Assembly: GCA_918797485.1 (NCBI GenBank) | Contig: CAKKNE010000005.1 | Location: 2,046,001 to 2,110,000, forward strand | Direction of reading: 5' to 3' | Length of the DNA stretch: 64,000 nt | From: Pelagomonas calceolata | Taxonomy: Eukaryota | In this document: one piece after another, positions 52,966 through 62,293 of the stretch | Position numbering within the stretch: position 1 is the stretch's first letter | Layout of the letters: the number at the start of each line of letters is the position of its first letter | Position numbers and translations under genes: made by a program | The notes under the pieces: model-generated | What the model saw: the letters and a program-made list of their open reading frames with translations, nothing else | The model's database searches: none | Told to the model about the DNA's origin: nothing

Positions 52966-55446
52966 ATGCGCCGCAATTCATCGCGCGGAAGCGCGTCGCC
53001 GTCGACGTACCGCGGCGGCAGCGGCCGCCGGCGCAAGCGCCGGTCGAACCGCCTCGCGAAGTGCGCCGCGTTTATAGTGGGCGCGTACGCGCTCGTCGCC
53101 TCCTTGTTCTACTACCGCGCGACGCATCACCATCAAGAGGGACCGCAGCTCCGAGGCACAAAAAAGCCACCACCACCGAGACGCGCGCGCGTCGCCCTGG
53201 CGCTGCCGTTCGTCGGGCCGCGCCTTCCTCCCTTCTTCAAGGCCTTCGCGCGGTCGTGTGGCAACGCCATCGGGGCTGTCGACGTGCTGCTGCTGTTGAG
53301 CGATCCTAGTGCTGTCCCGGTCGAAGCCCGAGAGTCGCGACCGCCGTGGCTGCCCGACAACGTGCACTTCGTGAAGGTCGGTGCAAATAGATTCGCTCGG
53401 TTACATGCGAGAATTCCGTATCCGCGCGCAAGGCAGATCTATCCCGGAGACGAAGATATCGATGAAAGAAGGGAGCCTTTAGCAGCTGCCTTACGAGATG
53501 CCTTCATCCGGAATCCAAGACAACTCGTCGAGTTCAAGCCGGCCATCGGCGTCGTCTTCCAGGAGTATCTGAGGAACTATAGTCATTGGGCGTTCGGGGA
53601 CTTTGATATCCTAATGGGCGACATGAACGCTTTCCTGGACGAGGACGAGTTGCGAGCGTTCGATGTGGTGTCTTTTGGTTTTGGCGATAGCTGGCGGGCC
53701 TACGCGCGGGGCCAGTGGACGCACCACAAGAATCTACCGCATGTGAACGCTGCTTATAGTTACTGTTCGTTCTTGGGCGCGGCGCGCTTGGAAGATCGGT
53801 TGCTGCGAGGCGCCCACTACGAGAGCGCCGAAGGTTGTTATTCTACGGCATTAGCACAGGCGTCGTTGAGGTTCAAGATCACGACAAAACACTTCACCGA
53901 TGCCACGCAAAAAGGCGACAAAGACGCCGCCTGGTTAGCTGAGAGTGAGATACGACGGTGTGCGGGCGACGAGGACGACGAGGGCCGGCATTGTAGGCCT
54001 CTTGCACCTCGCACACCTAGAGAGAAGCGGTCGAACCAGAACCGCTGGGAGCGGGTTCGACGATTGCCGGTCGGTGCGAAACGATGCATGAACTGGGTGA
54101 ATCCGGCCTACCAGACTTGTTTAGAGGGTGGCGATTATGATGCGGGCGACACCGTGGTCCTAGATGCGGACGGCGCGTACAAACGAAAACGGGGGCCGGT
54201 CGACGCGCTGCGCGTGCCCGGGACTTCGTTCTCCGTAGCGGCCTTCTTCCACGTCCAGGAGTGGAAGAAGAAGTGGCGGAGCTTCTCCGTGTCGTGGGTC
54301 GCTACGTCCGATACGATTCTGGGCACGCGCTTCGGACTCGTGCCCGTGCCGCCCCTGACGCCTCTAGGCGTGGACAAGGCCATCGCTCAAAGGCTGCGCG
54401 ACGCGAGATCGGTGGAATACTGCGCCTTCAAGGCCTGCGAGGGCATACCCCGGGCGTTCCAGCGCGACGACCTGCGGTGGGCCCGCTCCGGTAGTGTTGG
54501 AGTTGGCCCGTTCCGCAACTCGGGTGAGGAGGGCGTCGGTTTGGTGGTCGTGGCGTCTTTACTGAGGAAAGACCTCGATGCGAAATTACTAAGAGTGAAG
54601 GAGAACGCCTGCGGGTGGCCGGGCCCGTCGATTGTTGTCTTAGCGGCGGATGAAGGTGGATGGGACGTGAGCGTGGAAGCATTTAGAGCTTGTCCTCGGA
54701 CGGTCCTACTAGGAAGGATTGGAGACGACGACGGCGAAAGTCTAGAGAAGGCCCTGGCGAATCTAGGGCTGGAGTCGTGCCCGTGTAGGAGGTGCTTAGT
54801 ACTCCGAGGCGACGAGCACTTGTCTTCCAATACGTACGAGGCCATCTCTCATATGGAAGTGGCTATGGGCACTACCCTCATAATTCCGGAGTTTAGATCT
54901 GAAAGTGTGCCGACTACAATGGACGAATTACGGTCGTTGGTACGGTCGGGACGCGCGCAAGCGGCGCCGGCGAACCGCTGTCCCGAAACGACGCCGGCCC
55001 TCGCCACGAAGAAATATGAAAATTGGTGGGGCGGCGTCGAAGGCGTCGTCGACACCTATCAGAATACCTTTGAAGGTTCAGAGAGGGCTCTGGCGTGGCA
55101 AGCCTCAGGAGCGCTCGTCGTCCTGGACAGTGTCGACGCGCGGGGCGACCGGCGCTTGGTGAGGGAGGTCGAGGAGCACCGGGGCCCCGGCTGCTACGAC
55201 GGGCTACTGGCGCGAGCTTTGGCCACCCAACACGCGGACGCGTTCGCCGTCGTGCCTCAGGCGTTCGCCGTGGCGGCGCTCTACGTGGTAAATGGGACGG
55301 CGCCCTGCGGCTGCCGGCCCGGCGTCGAAAATCAGCCGCCCACCAAAACCATGCGCCGCTCCGTCCGGGATTATGATGCTTATCTGGTGCGGGCCGTCGG
55401 CGCGCGCGGCGACGCCGACGACGAGGCACGCGCGCGCGGGCTGTGA
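52966..55446 (+). CDS. Type II membrane putative glycosyltransferase (DUF6625-like domain plus second GT-A-like domain)
   Basis: N-terminal TM; EFKPAIG..FQEYL..YSHWAFGDFDILMGD; C-terminal ALANLGL..CLVLRGDE..LIIPEF. Confidence 0.6.
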   Translation: MRRNSSRGSASPSTYRGGSGRRRKRRSNRLAKCAAFIVGAYALVASLFYYRATHHHQEGPQLRGTKKPPPPRRARVALALPFVGPRLPPFFKAFARSCGNAIGAVDVLLLLSDPSAVPVEARESRPPWLPDNVHFVKVGANRFARLHARIPYPRARQIYPGDEDIDERREPLAAALRDAFIRNPRQLVEFKPAIGVVFQEYLRNYSHWAFGDFDILMGDMNAFLDEDELRAFDVVSFGFGDSWRAYARGQWTHHKNLPHVNAAYSYCSFLGAARLEDRLLRGAHYESAEGCYSTALAQASLRFKITTKHFTDATQKGDKDAAWLAESEIRRCAGDEDDEGRHCRPLAPRTPREKRSNQNRWERVRRLPVGAKRCMNWVNPAYQTCLEGGDYDAGDTVVLDADGAYKRKRGPVDALRVPGTSFSVAAFFHVQEWKKKWRSFSVSWVATSDTILGTRFGLVPVPPLTPLGVDKAIAQRLRDARSVEYCAFKACEGIPRAFQRDDLRWARSGSVGVGPFRNSGEEGVGLVVVASLLRKDLDAKLLRVKENACGWPGPSIVVLAADEGGWDVSVEAFRACPRTVLLGRIGDDDGESLEKALANLGLESCPCRRCLVLRGDEHLSSNTYEAISHMEVAMGTTLIIPEFRSESVPTTMDELRSLVRSGRAQAAPANRCPETTPALATKKYENWWGGVEGVVDTYQNTFEGSERALAWQASGALVVLDSVDARGDRRLVREVEEHRGPGCYDGLLARALATQHADAFAVVPQAFAVAALYVVNGTAPCGCRPGVENQPPTKTMRRSVRDYDAYLVRAVGARGDADDEARARGL

Positions 55447-55856
55447 TTTATCTCTATCTTGTGTTTAACTATGATCGCTCTGGCCGTTCTTGTATTTATC
55501 CTGGTTGCTGCGGACGCGGGTGGCGGGCCGTCTTGAGTGGTGGAAATGGCGAGAGGATAGATCCGAGGAGTTTTTGTGGATGTGATGGGTTCCCGACGTG
55601 TGTAGAGGTGCGTGTTCCCGCCATTTGCCTCACGCTAGCCGATTTTCTTGCTTAATTCCAAAGAATTCTCTTTAGCTGCTTAACAGGTTTTACGGAGACT
55701 TTTTGGATTTGCTCGTTTGAGCCACAGAAGTCCCCAGAGCTTGCTCTCATAGCCCTTCGGCTTCCACTGCACGCCCCAGAAGGACACCTGCAGCACCGCA
55801 ACCGCTAGCGCTTCGCTCGCCGCAGACACCACCTGAACATCCATCCTACAGCAGAG

Positions 55857-58370
55857 ATGGCCCCAGTCGTCGCCGCGGCCCCCCAGGTCCTCGTCGACGA
55901 GTCCACGCGCCTCGCGAACAGCACCGTCGCGCGCATCGTCAAGGCGAGCAAGGGCGGCTCCCTCAGCGACCCAACCATAAAAAAGCAGTGCGTCGAGAAG
56001 CTCCAGAAGATCAATGGGGAATTGAAAGGCAGAATTGCGGACGCCGACGCGTTGGCCGCCCACGAGGCCATGAAGAGCGGGATCACCGGTGCTTTAGGCT
56101 GTGATCATACCAAATTAATATCTGTGTTGTGCACGCGCACGAAGGCGGCCTTACAACGTACAAGACAGGCCTACCGCAAGGCCTACGACAAGGATTTAGC
56201 GAAAGAAGTCGCCTCGGAGACGTCCGGCGTGCTAGGGAGCAACTACGGCAAGATGATGTCGTATGCGTTAGATGGACCTGAGGAGTACGTCGCGGACTTG
56301 ATACATGCGGCGTGCCACGGCATGGGCTGCGACGAGGGAGCTCTCATTGAGTTATGTTTAACGAGATCCCCGGAACAACTAGCAGCAGGAAAGAAATGCT
56401 GGGAGGGGCGGAAAGATAAGGCTCTATTCGACTACCTCGGCAAGGAGCTCCCCGACCTGACCTACAAAAATTTGAAATATCTACTGCTCGAAATTTTGAA
56501 GGGCAAAAAGCAGTGGGATGCCCCCGTAGACGAGGCGCGCGCCGCCAAGAACGCGGACATTATCAAGCAGGAGGGTCGGGGCATGTTCTCGAGCATGGAC
56601 TTCAACAAGGTCGCCGATTGCTTACTTGCTGGTCCTCCTTCCGAGACGAGACTACTGGCAGAACTATATGAAAAGAAGTACGGCAAGTCCCTAAAGGCCA
56701 AGCTCGAGAAGAAGGGCCCCAAGGTCTGGGCCAAGGCCGCGACGGCGCTGCTCGTCACTCCAGAAGAATTCGTGGCCATGCGGCTCCAAGGGGCGATGAA
56801 GGGCTTCGGGACCAATGAGAAGAAGTTGGTGCGGCTGCTCGGTGGTCTGGATCATTCTAGTAGACCGTCGATGCCCGCGGTCCTCCAGGCCTACGAGAAG
56901 AAGTACGGCAGGACGTTGCGGGATGCTCTACGCTCCGAAATCAGCGGCAACTTCCTCAAGGCCTCCCTGGCCTGGATCAGTGCGTTGGAGGACCCGGCGC
57001 AGGCCAACGAAGCATTAACGACGAAAAAGTTTGACGAAGTGGAAGATACAGATGAATTACTAGACGCGCTGCTCATGGAAAATGAGTCCCTGGGGGGCAT
57101 GATGGCGTCGCTCGACGCGCGCGCGATTTACGAAGCGTGTCATGGGTTCGGCACGTCCGACTCGAAGCTCATCAAGATCGTCTCTGCGCGCTCGAAGCCG
57201 CACTTGCAAAAAGTCGCGGCGGCCTACTACGCGCAAAGGGACAAGCCCATGCTGCACCGGTTACGAAAGGAGACGAGCGGCTGGTACAAGAAGCTGCTGA
57301 CGTACTTAGTAGAAAGCCCGGAGGACGCGGACGTGCGAGCCCTGGACTCCGCGATGGACGGGCTTGGCGCTGATGGGATGGCTATCGTAGATTTCCTCGT
57401 GGGCCACTCGCAAGCTAGAGTGCGCGCCGCCAAGGCCAAGTGGGAAGGTAAACATGACAAGTCGCTGGTGGATAGAATTCGTTCGGAACTCCACGGCTCG
57501 AACAAAACCTTAGCCTTACAGCTCTTGAAGGGCGAGCGCGACGAGCAGGGCGCGCCCAATCCCACTCTAGCCCAGCAGCAGGCCGAGACCCTGCACAAGG
57601 CGGCGCGCGGCATGGGCACCGACGAGGACTCCTTTATTTTGGTGCTGGCCAAGAATTCGCCCGCGCAGAACGTGGCCACGCGGACGGCCTACGAGAACAA
57701 GTACGGCCGGTCCCTCGACAACCTGATTACGAAGGAGATGTCCGGTAATCTGGCGAAGTGCCTGCAAGCGTTGCTACTGCCGCCGGCGGACTACTACGCG
57801 ATGCGCCTGCGCAAGGCGTTTGTCGGCCTCGGCACTTCTGATAAAGTAGTGGTGCGCGTTTTGGGCGGCCACGACAAGGCGGATATACTAGCCATCGCCG
57901 CGGCCTACCAAAGAAAGTACACGTCGCACCTCAAAGATTCAATAAAAAAGGAGTGCTCGGGCAACTACAAGCGGCTGGCCATGGCCTGGGTGAGCGTTCC
58001 CGACGCCCTGGCGGACCCCGACGCGCCCATCGAGATCCCCGAGGAGACGCAGGAGAAGGAGGAGGCGCCGCCGCCCCCCGAGCCCGAGGAGCCCGAGCCC
58101 GCGACGCCGCCGCCGCCGCCGCCGGCGGCCTACAAGCCGCCGCCGGCACCGGTGTACCAGCCCACGGCCGTCGCGCAGCCCGTGGCGCCGCCGCCGCCAA
58201 CGTTCATGACCGTTCCTGTACCCATGGGCGTGTTCCCCGGGATGACGGTTGTAGTGCAGGCGCCCACCGGCCAGCGGCTCGCGGTCATCGTGCCCCAGGG
58301 CGTCGGGCCGGGAGGAGTCTTCAAGGTGCCGATCCCGGCGCCGCCGCCGCCGCAGATCCGCTACTACTAG
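55857..58370 (+). CDS. Annexin with eight repeats and a Pro-rich C-terminal extension
   Basis: Endonexin motifs GALGCD, GMGCDE, (GMFSSMD), KGFGTNE, GFGTSD, GLGADG, GMGTDE, GLGTSD. Confidence 0.92.
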   Translation: MAPVVAAAPQVLVDESTRLANSTVARIVKASKGGSLSDPTIKKQCVEKLQKINGELKGRIADADALAAHEAMKSGITGALGCDHTKLISVLCTRTKAALQRTRQAYRKAYDKDLAKEVASETSGVLGSNYGKMMSYALDGPEEYVADLIHAACHGMGCDEGALIELCLTRSPEQLAAGKKCWEGRKDKALFDYLGKELPDLTYKNLKYLLLEILKGKKQWDAPVDEARAAKNADIIKQEGRGMFSSMDFNKVADCLLAGPPSETRLLAELYEKKYGKSLKAKLEKKGPKVWAKAATALLVTPEEFVAMRLQGAMKGFGTNEKKLVRLLGGLDHSSRPSMPAVLQAYEKKYGRTLRDALRSEISGNFLKASLAWISALEDPAQANEALTTKKFDEVEDTDELLDALLMENESLGGMMASLDARAIYEACHGFGTSDSKLIKIVSARSKPHLQKVAAAYYAQRDKPMLHRLRKETSGWYKKLLTYLVESPEDADVRALDSAMDGLGADGMAIVDFLVGHSQARVRAAKAKWEGKHDKSLVDRIRSELHGSNKTLALQLLKGERDEQGAPNPTLAQQQAETLHKAARGMGTDEDSFILVLAKNSPAQNVATRTAYENKYGRSLDNLITKEMSGNLAKCLQALLLPPADYYAMRLRKAFVGLGTSDKVVVRVLGGHDKADILAIAAAYQRKYTSHLKDSIKKECSGNYKRLAMAWVSVPDALADPDAPIEIPEETQEKEEAPPPPEPEEPEPATPPPPPPAAYKPPPAPVYQPTAVAQPVAPPPPTFMTVPVPMGVFPGMTVVVQAPTGQRLAVIVPQGVGPGGVFKVPIPAPPPPQIRYY

Positions 58371-58485
58371 GCGGTCGTTTTGCCGTGCCATACATCGGGC
58401 CCGGCCAGTCTTTGTTCCTCCCGACCCCGCGCGTAACTTGGACATTTCACTTACACAGAGCAGTCACCGAGCACCACGACGACCA

Positions 58486-60057
58486 TCACAGGGGCTCCTT
58501 TCTGAGCCACGCGTCGATCATGTAGAACAGCTCGCGGGGCTTGTAGCGCGGCGACATGTGGCCGGCGTCCCGGATCGATGCGAAGGTAAAGTCCGGCGCG
58601 TAAACCGTCGCGTAGCCCGTGATCGCAGCGGTGCCGGGGGCCGTCCAGGGGTGCCACGGCTGCTTCTCCGGCAGAGCCAGGGACCGGATCCACTTTTGAG
58701 TGCCGGGCATCGGAACGCACGGGTCGGCATCACCAGAGTACTGTAAAATCCGGAAATTCGGCGCGAGGCGCTCCTTGTAAGCCTCGAGCAGACTCGCCGC
58801 GGTGAAGTTGTACTCGAGACTCGTCGACAGCGAAAAGTCAGGAGTGCTTCGCACGTGGAGGGCGTCCTGCACGTCCGCGCGCCGGAGCCACGCCGTCGCC
58901 GCGTTCTCCTGGCCACAGGCGTACTCGCCGCTATCCAACGCATAGGCGTTCGCGATGCGTTCGTTAGTAGGCCGCGTGGGAGCTCGCCCCCGCGTCGACG
59001 CGCTCGAACGCCGCTGCGTAGTGGGCAGGTGTCGCGCCGCGCCGTCGGCGCTCAGCGCCAGCAGGTCGGCTCCGCACGTGTCGTATAGGAAATACCCGCC
59101 GCCCATGTCGTACGTGTCTCCGGCGGTGGACTTCAGGGGCCGAATCGGGTCCTCGAGCGCATCTGCGCATTGCGTCGGCGGCGGCGTCTGGGGCCCGGGC
59201 GGCTCGGAGACGTACCAATCGGCGCATACTTTGTCGACCCTTTCTTTCACTATGTCTGGAACCATGCCGTGTCCGTAGAGGAAGTCTAGCGAGACCTTCG
59301 TGCCGGCCCAGCCGCTGTAAGGCGTGCACGTGAACACCTTGTTGCCCGGGCAGTCGTTGCCCAGGGCGAAGCCCTCGAGGCTGTCCGGCGCGACATTAGC
59401 GCCAGGGCTTCGGCGCTTCAGGATCCGCTCCGCCAGCGTCGGCACCAAAACTCCTGCGTAGGACTCTCCTGAGATGATGTAGCGATTCCTGCGCAATTCC
59501 GGATACATCTTTCCGAAGAACTCGTCTAGAATCGCGAGGTGTAGGTCTGCCTGGCTGTCGTCGTCGTGAACACAAGCCGGCTCGCAGTAGCTGAACCCTG
59601 TGGGTGCCGGGTGCTCGAGGTACAGCAGGCTGACGCCGCCGGCCGCGTTTTGCCACGTGTGAGGGTTGTCGAAGACCTCTAGCCCGTCGTTTTTCCAGCT
59701 GGCGTCGTTGAGCGTGAGTGGTCCATTCTCCGTGAAAAGGCCGAGGAGCGAGCTCCCACCGGGACCACCCTGCTGCCATTGCAGGACAGGAGCTGTGGGA
59801 TCCTCGTGAAGCGCTAAGTGATAATGCGTGTAGACCTTCACGCTGCGGCCCGGATAATAGGTGCGGATGTAGCCCGAGTAGTGGCGCGTGTCTTGTGGGA
59901 ACGCGCGCTTGTAGCCTGGGAGCGACGGCCCGTCGACCTCGTCGGCGGGCACGGCTGCGGTTGCGGTGCGCAGCAGCGCTACGAGTGGCAGGAGCTGGAG
60001 CATCATAAGGTTGTCCGTATGCACTGCAATCAGTAATAGACTACGAAGCGACGGCAC
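58486..60057 (-). CDS. Serine carboxypeptidase (S10)
   Basis: HYSGY, WQQGGPGGSS, GESYAG, YSGDAD, AGHMSP; signal peptide. Confidence 0.95.
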   Translation of the reverse strand: MPSLRSLLLIAVHTDNLMMLQLLPLVALLRTATAAVPADEVDGPSLPGYKRAFPQDTRHYSGYIRTYYPGRSVKVYTHYHLALHEDPTAPVLQWQQGGPGGSSLLGLFTENGPLTLNDASWKNDGLEVFDNPHTWQNAAGGVSLLYLEHPAPTGFSYCEPACVHDDDSQADLHLAILDEFFGKMYPELRRNRYIISGESYAGVLVPTLAERILKRRSPGANVAPDSLEGFALGNDCPGNKVFTCTPYSGWAGTKVSLDFLYGHGMVPDIVKERVDKVCADWYVSEPPGPQTPPPTQCADALEDPIRPLKSTAGDTYDMGGGYFLYDTCGADLLALSADGAARHLPTTQRRSSASTRGRAPTRPTNERIANAYALDSGEYACGQENAATAWLRRADVQDALHVRSTPDFSLSTSLEYNFTAASLLEAYKERLAPNFRILQYSGDADPCVPMPGTQKWIRSLALPEKQPWHPWTAPGTAAITGYATVYAPDFTFASIRDAGHMSPRYKPRELFYMIDAWLRKEPL

Positions 60058-60345
60058 AGCAAAGAGTGGCCGATGGGATGGTCTTGGGTGATACTGCAGC
60101 GGCCCGTAGCGATGGAAATTGGTGGCCTCGCCACTGAGTGTGAGGTAACAGCTAGCTTATTCGCTAATAACTTGTACAGTTGCGTACTTGCGGGATGAAA
60201 AAAATCGCTCCGGACTCGGAAAAACCCGTGAGAAAAGAGATCCTCGCTCCCCGTGGGAAAAAGCAAAGACTGCCGAAGATCACACAGACATCATTACAAA
60301 ACGAGGAGCCTCAACAACGCCATCGAGGCGGAGGAGCGGACGCCG

Positions 60346-60948
60346 TCACTCCTCATCGTCCTCCTCACCCAACAACGCCTCGCCCCCGCGCAGCAGCTCC
60401 TCCGTCGCCGCGCGCCACGGGTGGTCGCCATCCAAAGCAGAAGCGTCGACCGTCACGCGCCGACATGCGCCGTCCAAGCGGATCTCGACCCCCAAAGCAG
60501 CCGTGGGTTCCTTCTCCAGCCGGTCCGGCCACTCGACCAAACAACAACACTCCGCGAGCGTCCGATCCAGATCCAGCACGTACGCGTCGCCCACGTCGCC
60601 CGCGAGCCTATAGAGATCCATGTGGTGCACGACGAGGTCGCCCGGCAGGCCGTCCCGGCCGTCGTAGGCGTTGTCCAGCAAATAGGTCGGCGACGTGACG
60701 CGCATGCGCGCATCGCCGCTCGCACTTCTCAAAAAGCCGCGCGAGAAGACGGTCTTGCCCGCGCCGAGGTCGCCCGAGAGGCAGACCGTGTCACCGTTCG
60801 CGGCCGTCGCTCCAAAAATGCCGCCCAAGCGTTCCATCTGGATCTCCGACGCGAGTCTTAATTGTGCGGCGGCCGGCGTCGAGGGCTTTGTGGCGAGGCC
60901 GAGGGCGCCCTTCGCGCCCAGCGCTAGGAGGCTGCGGAGGGCTCGCAT
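60346..60948 (-). CDS. tsaE: t6A biosynthesis ATPase TsaE/YjeE with organelle-targeting extension
   Basis: GDLGAGKT, VTSPTYLL, HMDLYRL, LVEWP. Confidence 0.92.
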   Translation of the reverse strand: MRALRSLLALGAKGALGLATKPSTPAAAQLRLASEIQMERLGGIFGATAANGDTVCLSGDLGAGKTVFSRGFLRSASGDARMRVTSPTYLLDNAYDGRDGLPGDLVVHHMDLYRLAGDVGDAYVLDLDRTLAECCCLVEWPDRLEKEPTAALGVEIRLDGACRRVTVDASALDGDHPWRAATEELLRGGEALLGEEDDEE

Positions 60949-61083
60949 TGTGGTTGTGCTAGCACTTGCGCAACGGTCGTGGCGGTAAGGTGCGAGGTTT
61001 TGGGGTCACTGCGGTTACTGCGCTCTTTTGCACCAGCCTGAGAGGTTTTACAAGAGCTCTGCGCGGAGGGCCGGCTTCAGCTA

Positions 61084-61106
61084 GCTAGCGTCGTGTAGAC
61101 ACTAGC
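61084..61106 (+). promoter_or_regulatory. Bipartite intergenic motif copy (variant)
   Basis: GCTAGCG-N4-GTAGACACTAGC. Confidence 0.55.
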
Positions 61107-61266
61107 GAACAAAGCAAGCTTGGCTTTGGGCGCAGCTAGCTGCCGCATTAATCGAATTTTGAGGCATTCGCGGCCTGGCCTGCCACACAGATTGTGGCTC
61201 GGGTCTTGGGCGCCCGGGTTCACGACTCGACGCTCCATCGGACTGGGCAGCCCGGGCAGCCTTAAA

Positions 61267-62280
61267 ATGGAGCGCACCTCTCTCGTGGACGCCGACTACC
61301 ACCGGGCCTTTCTACTGGGAAGAAGCGCCGTCGCGGCGGACGCATTGATCGTATGTGTGATGGTGGGTGTCGTGGCGCTCAACAGCCCATGGGACGACGG
61401 CTCCGTGTACGTCGAGCTCGCCGCGTGCGCGCTGGGCCTGCTGGGTCTGGCGGCGCAACGGTCTGGCGCCGGCCTCTACATCAAAGGGGCTGCGCCGCAT
61501 TTGGCCTTCACGCTAGTGCTGGGCGCCGTCGTGGCGGCGGACGCGGCGGCGCGGATATGCATGGGCGGCGACCCTCAAAGAGTGATCTCGAACTGGGCCG
61601 TCATGCTCGCGTCGGGCAGCTCGTGCAACCTGCTTGCGATGGGGCCCATGGCCCACGCGACGGACGCGCGGCGCTGGACCCTCGTCTGGCTCGCGTACCA
61701 GGTGCTGGAGTGCTACGTCTCGCTCTTCGGAGCTTGCACAAGCTGGCGCCTCGTTTTATCAGTTCTTGTAATGAGGCGCCTCGCCTTCGTCGCGGCCACG
61801 GCCCTCGTGGCGGTTCATAGCTACGGATCGCTGAAAAGGACCCAGGCGCTCTTCCGGGCCTTCGACGCGCCGTTCATCCTCGCGCCGATCGGGGCGCTCG
61901 GCGCCTATGCGGATGGCACGTACGAACTCTACGACGACCTTCCGCAGGAGGAACTCGCGTGCGTCGGAGGCGCGTTTCTCCTCAAGTTCCAGCTCCACGG
62001 CGGCTACGCGCCCTGCCCGCCGGACCCGAATCCCATCGTGTTTTTGGAGCAGATGCTGAGCTTCGGTTCGCCCACGGCCGTCGTTGGCGCACGCGCGGCC
62101 GCGGGCCATGCCGTGTATGTCGCGGGCATGCTGCGCGCCGTCGGCGCGGCGCGCGGCGTCGACGTCGACCGCTACGCGTCACAACGCGAGCGAGCGAGGA
62201 GGGTGATGGGCGAGTGGCTCTGCGGGAGCCGCGAGGCCGCGACGGAGCTCTCTGCTTCGCGTGATGTTTCTGTTGTGTAA
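61267..62280 (+). CDS. Hypothetical multi-pass membrane protein
   Basis: About six hydrophobic segments in the N-terminal half; ATG at 61267. Confidence 0.55.
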   Translation: MERTSLVDADYHRAFLLGRSAVAADALIVCVMVGVVALNSPWDDGSVYVELAACALGLLGLAAQRSGAGLYIKGAAPHLAFTLVLGAVVAADAAARICMGGDPQRVISNWAVMLASGSSCNLLAMGPMAHATDARRWTLVWLAYQVLECYVSLFGACTSWRLVLSVLVMRRLAFVAATALVAVHSYGSLKRTQALFRAFDAPFILAPIGALGAYADGTYELYDDLPQEELACVGGAFLLKFQLHGGYAPCPPDPNPIVFLEQMLSFGSPTAVVGARAAAGHAVYVAGMLRAVGAARGVDVDRYASQRERARRVMGEWLCGSREAATELSASRDVSVV

Positions 62281-62293
62281 TTGCATGTCTTAC

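Noticed and set aside
559..60948. tRNA-metabolism gene cluster (WDR4, ProRS, TsaE, CysRS-like tail)
   Set aside because: Genes are scattered among unrelated genes, as expected by chance in a dense genome
7695..61106. TAAGACACTAGC copies as CRISPR repeats or MITE ends
   Set aside because: Single dispersed copies kilobases apart, no regular spacers, no paired inverted ends or TSDs, no cas genes
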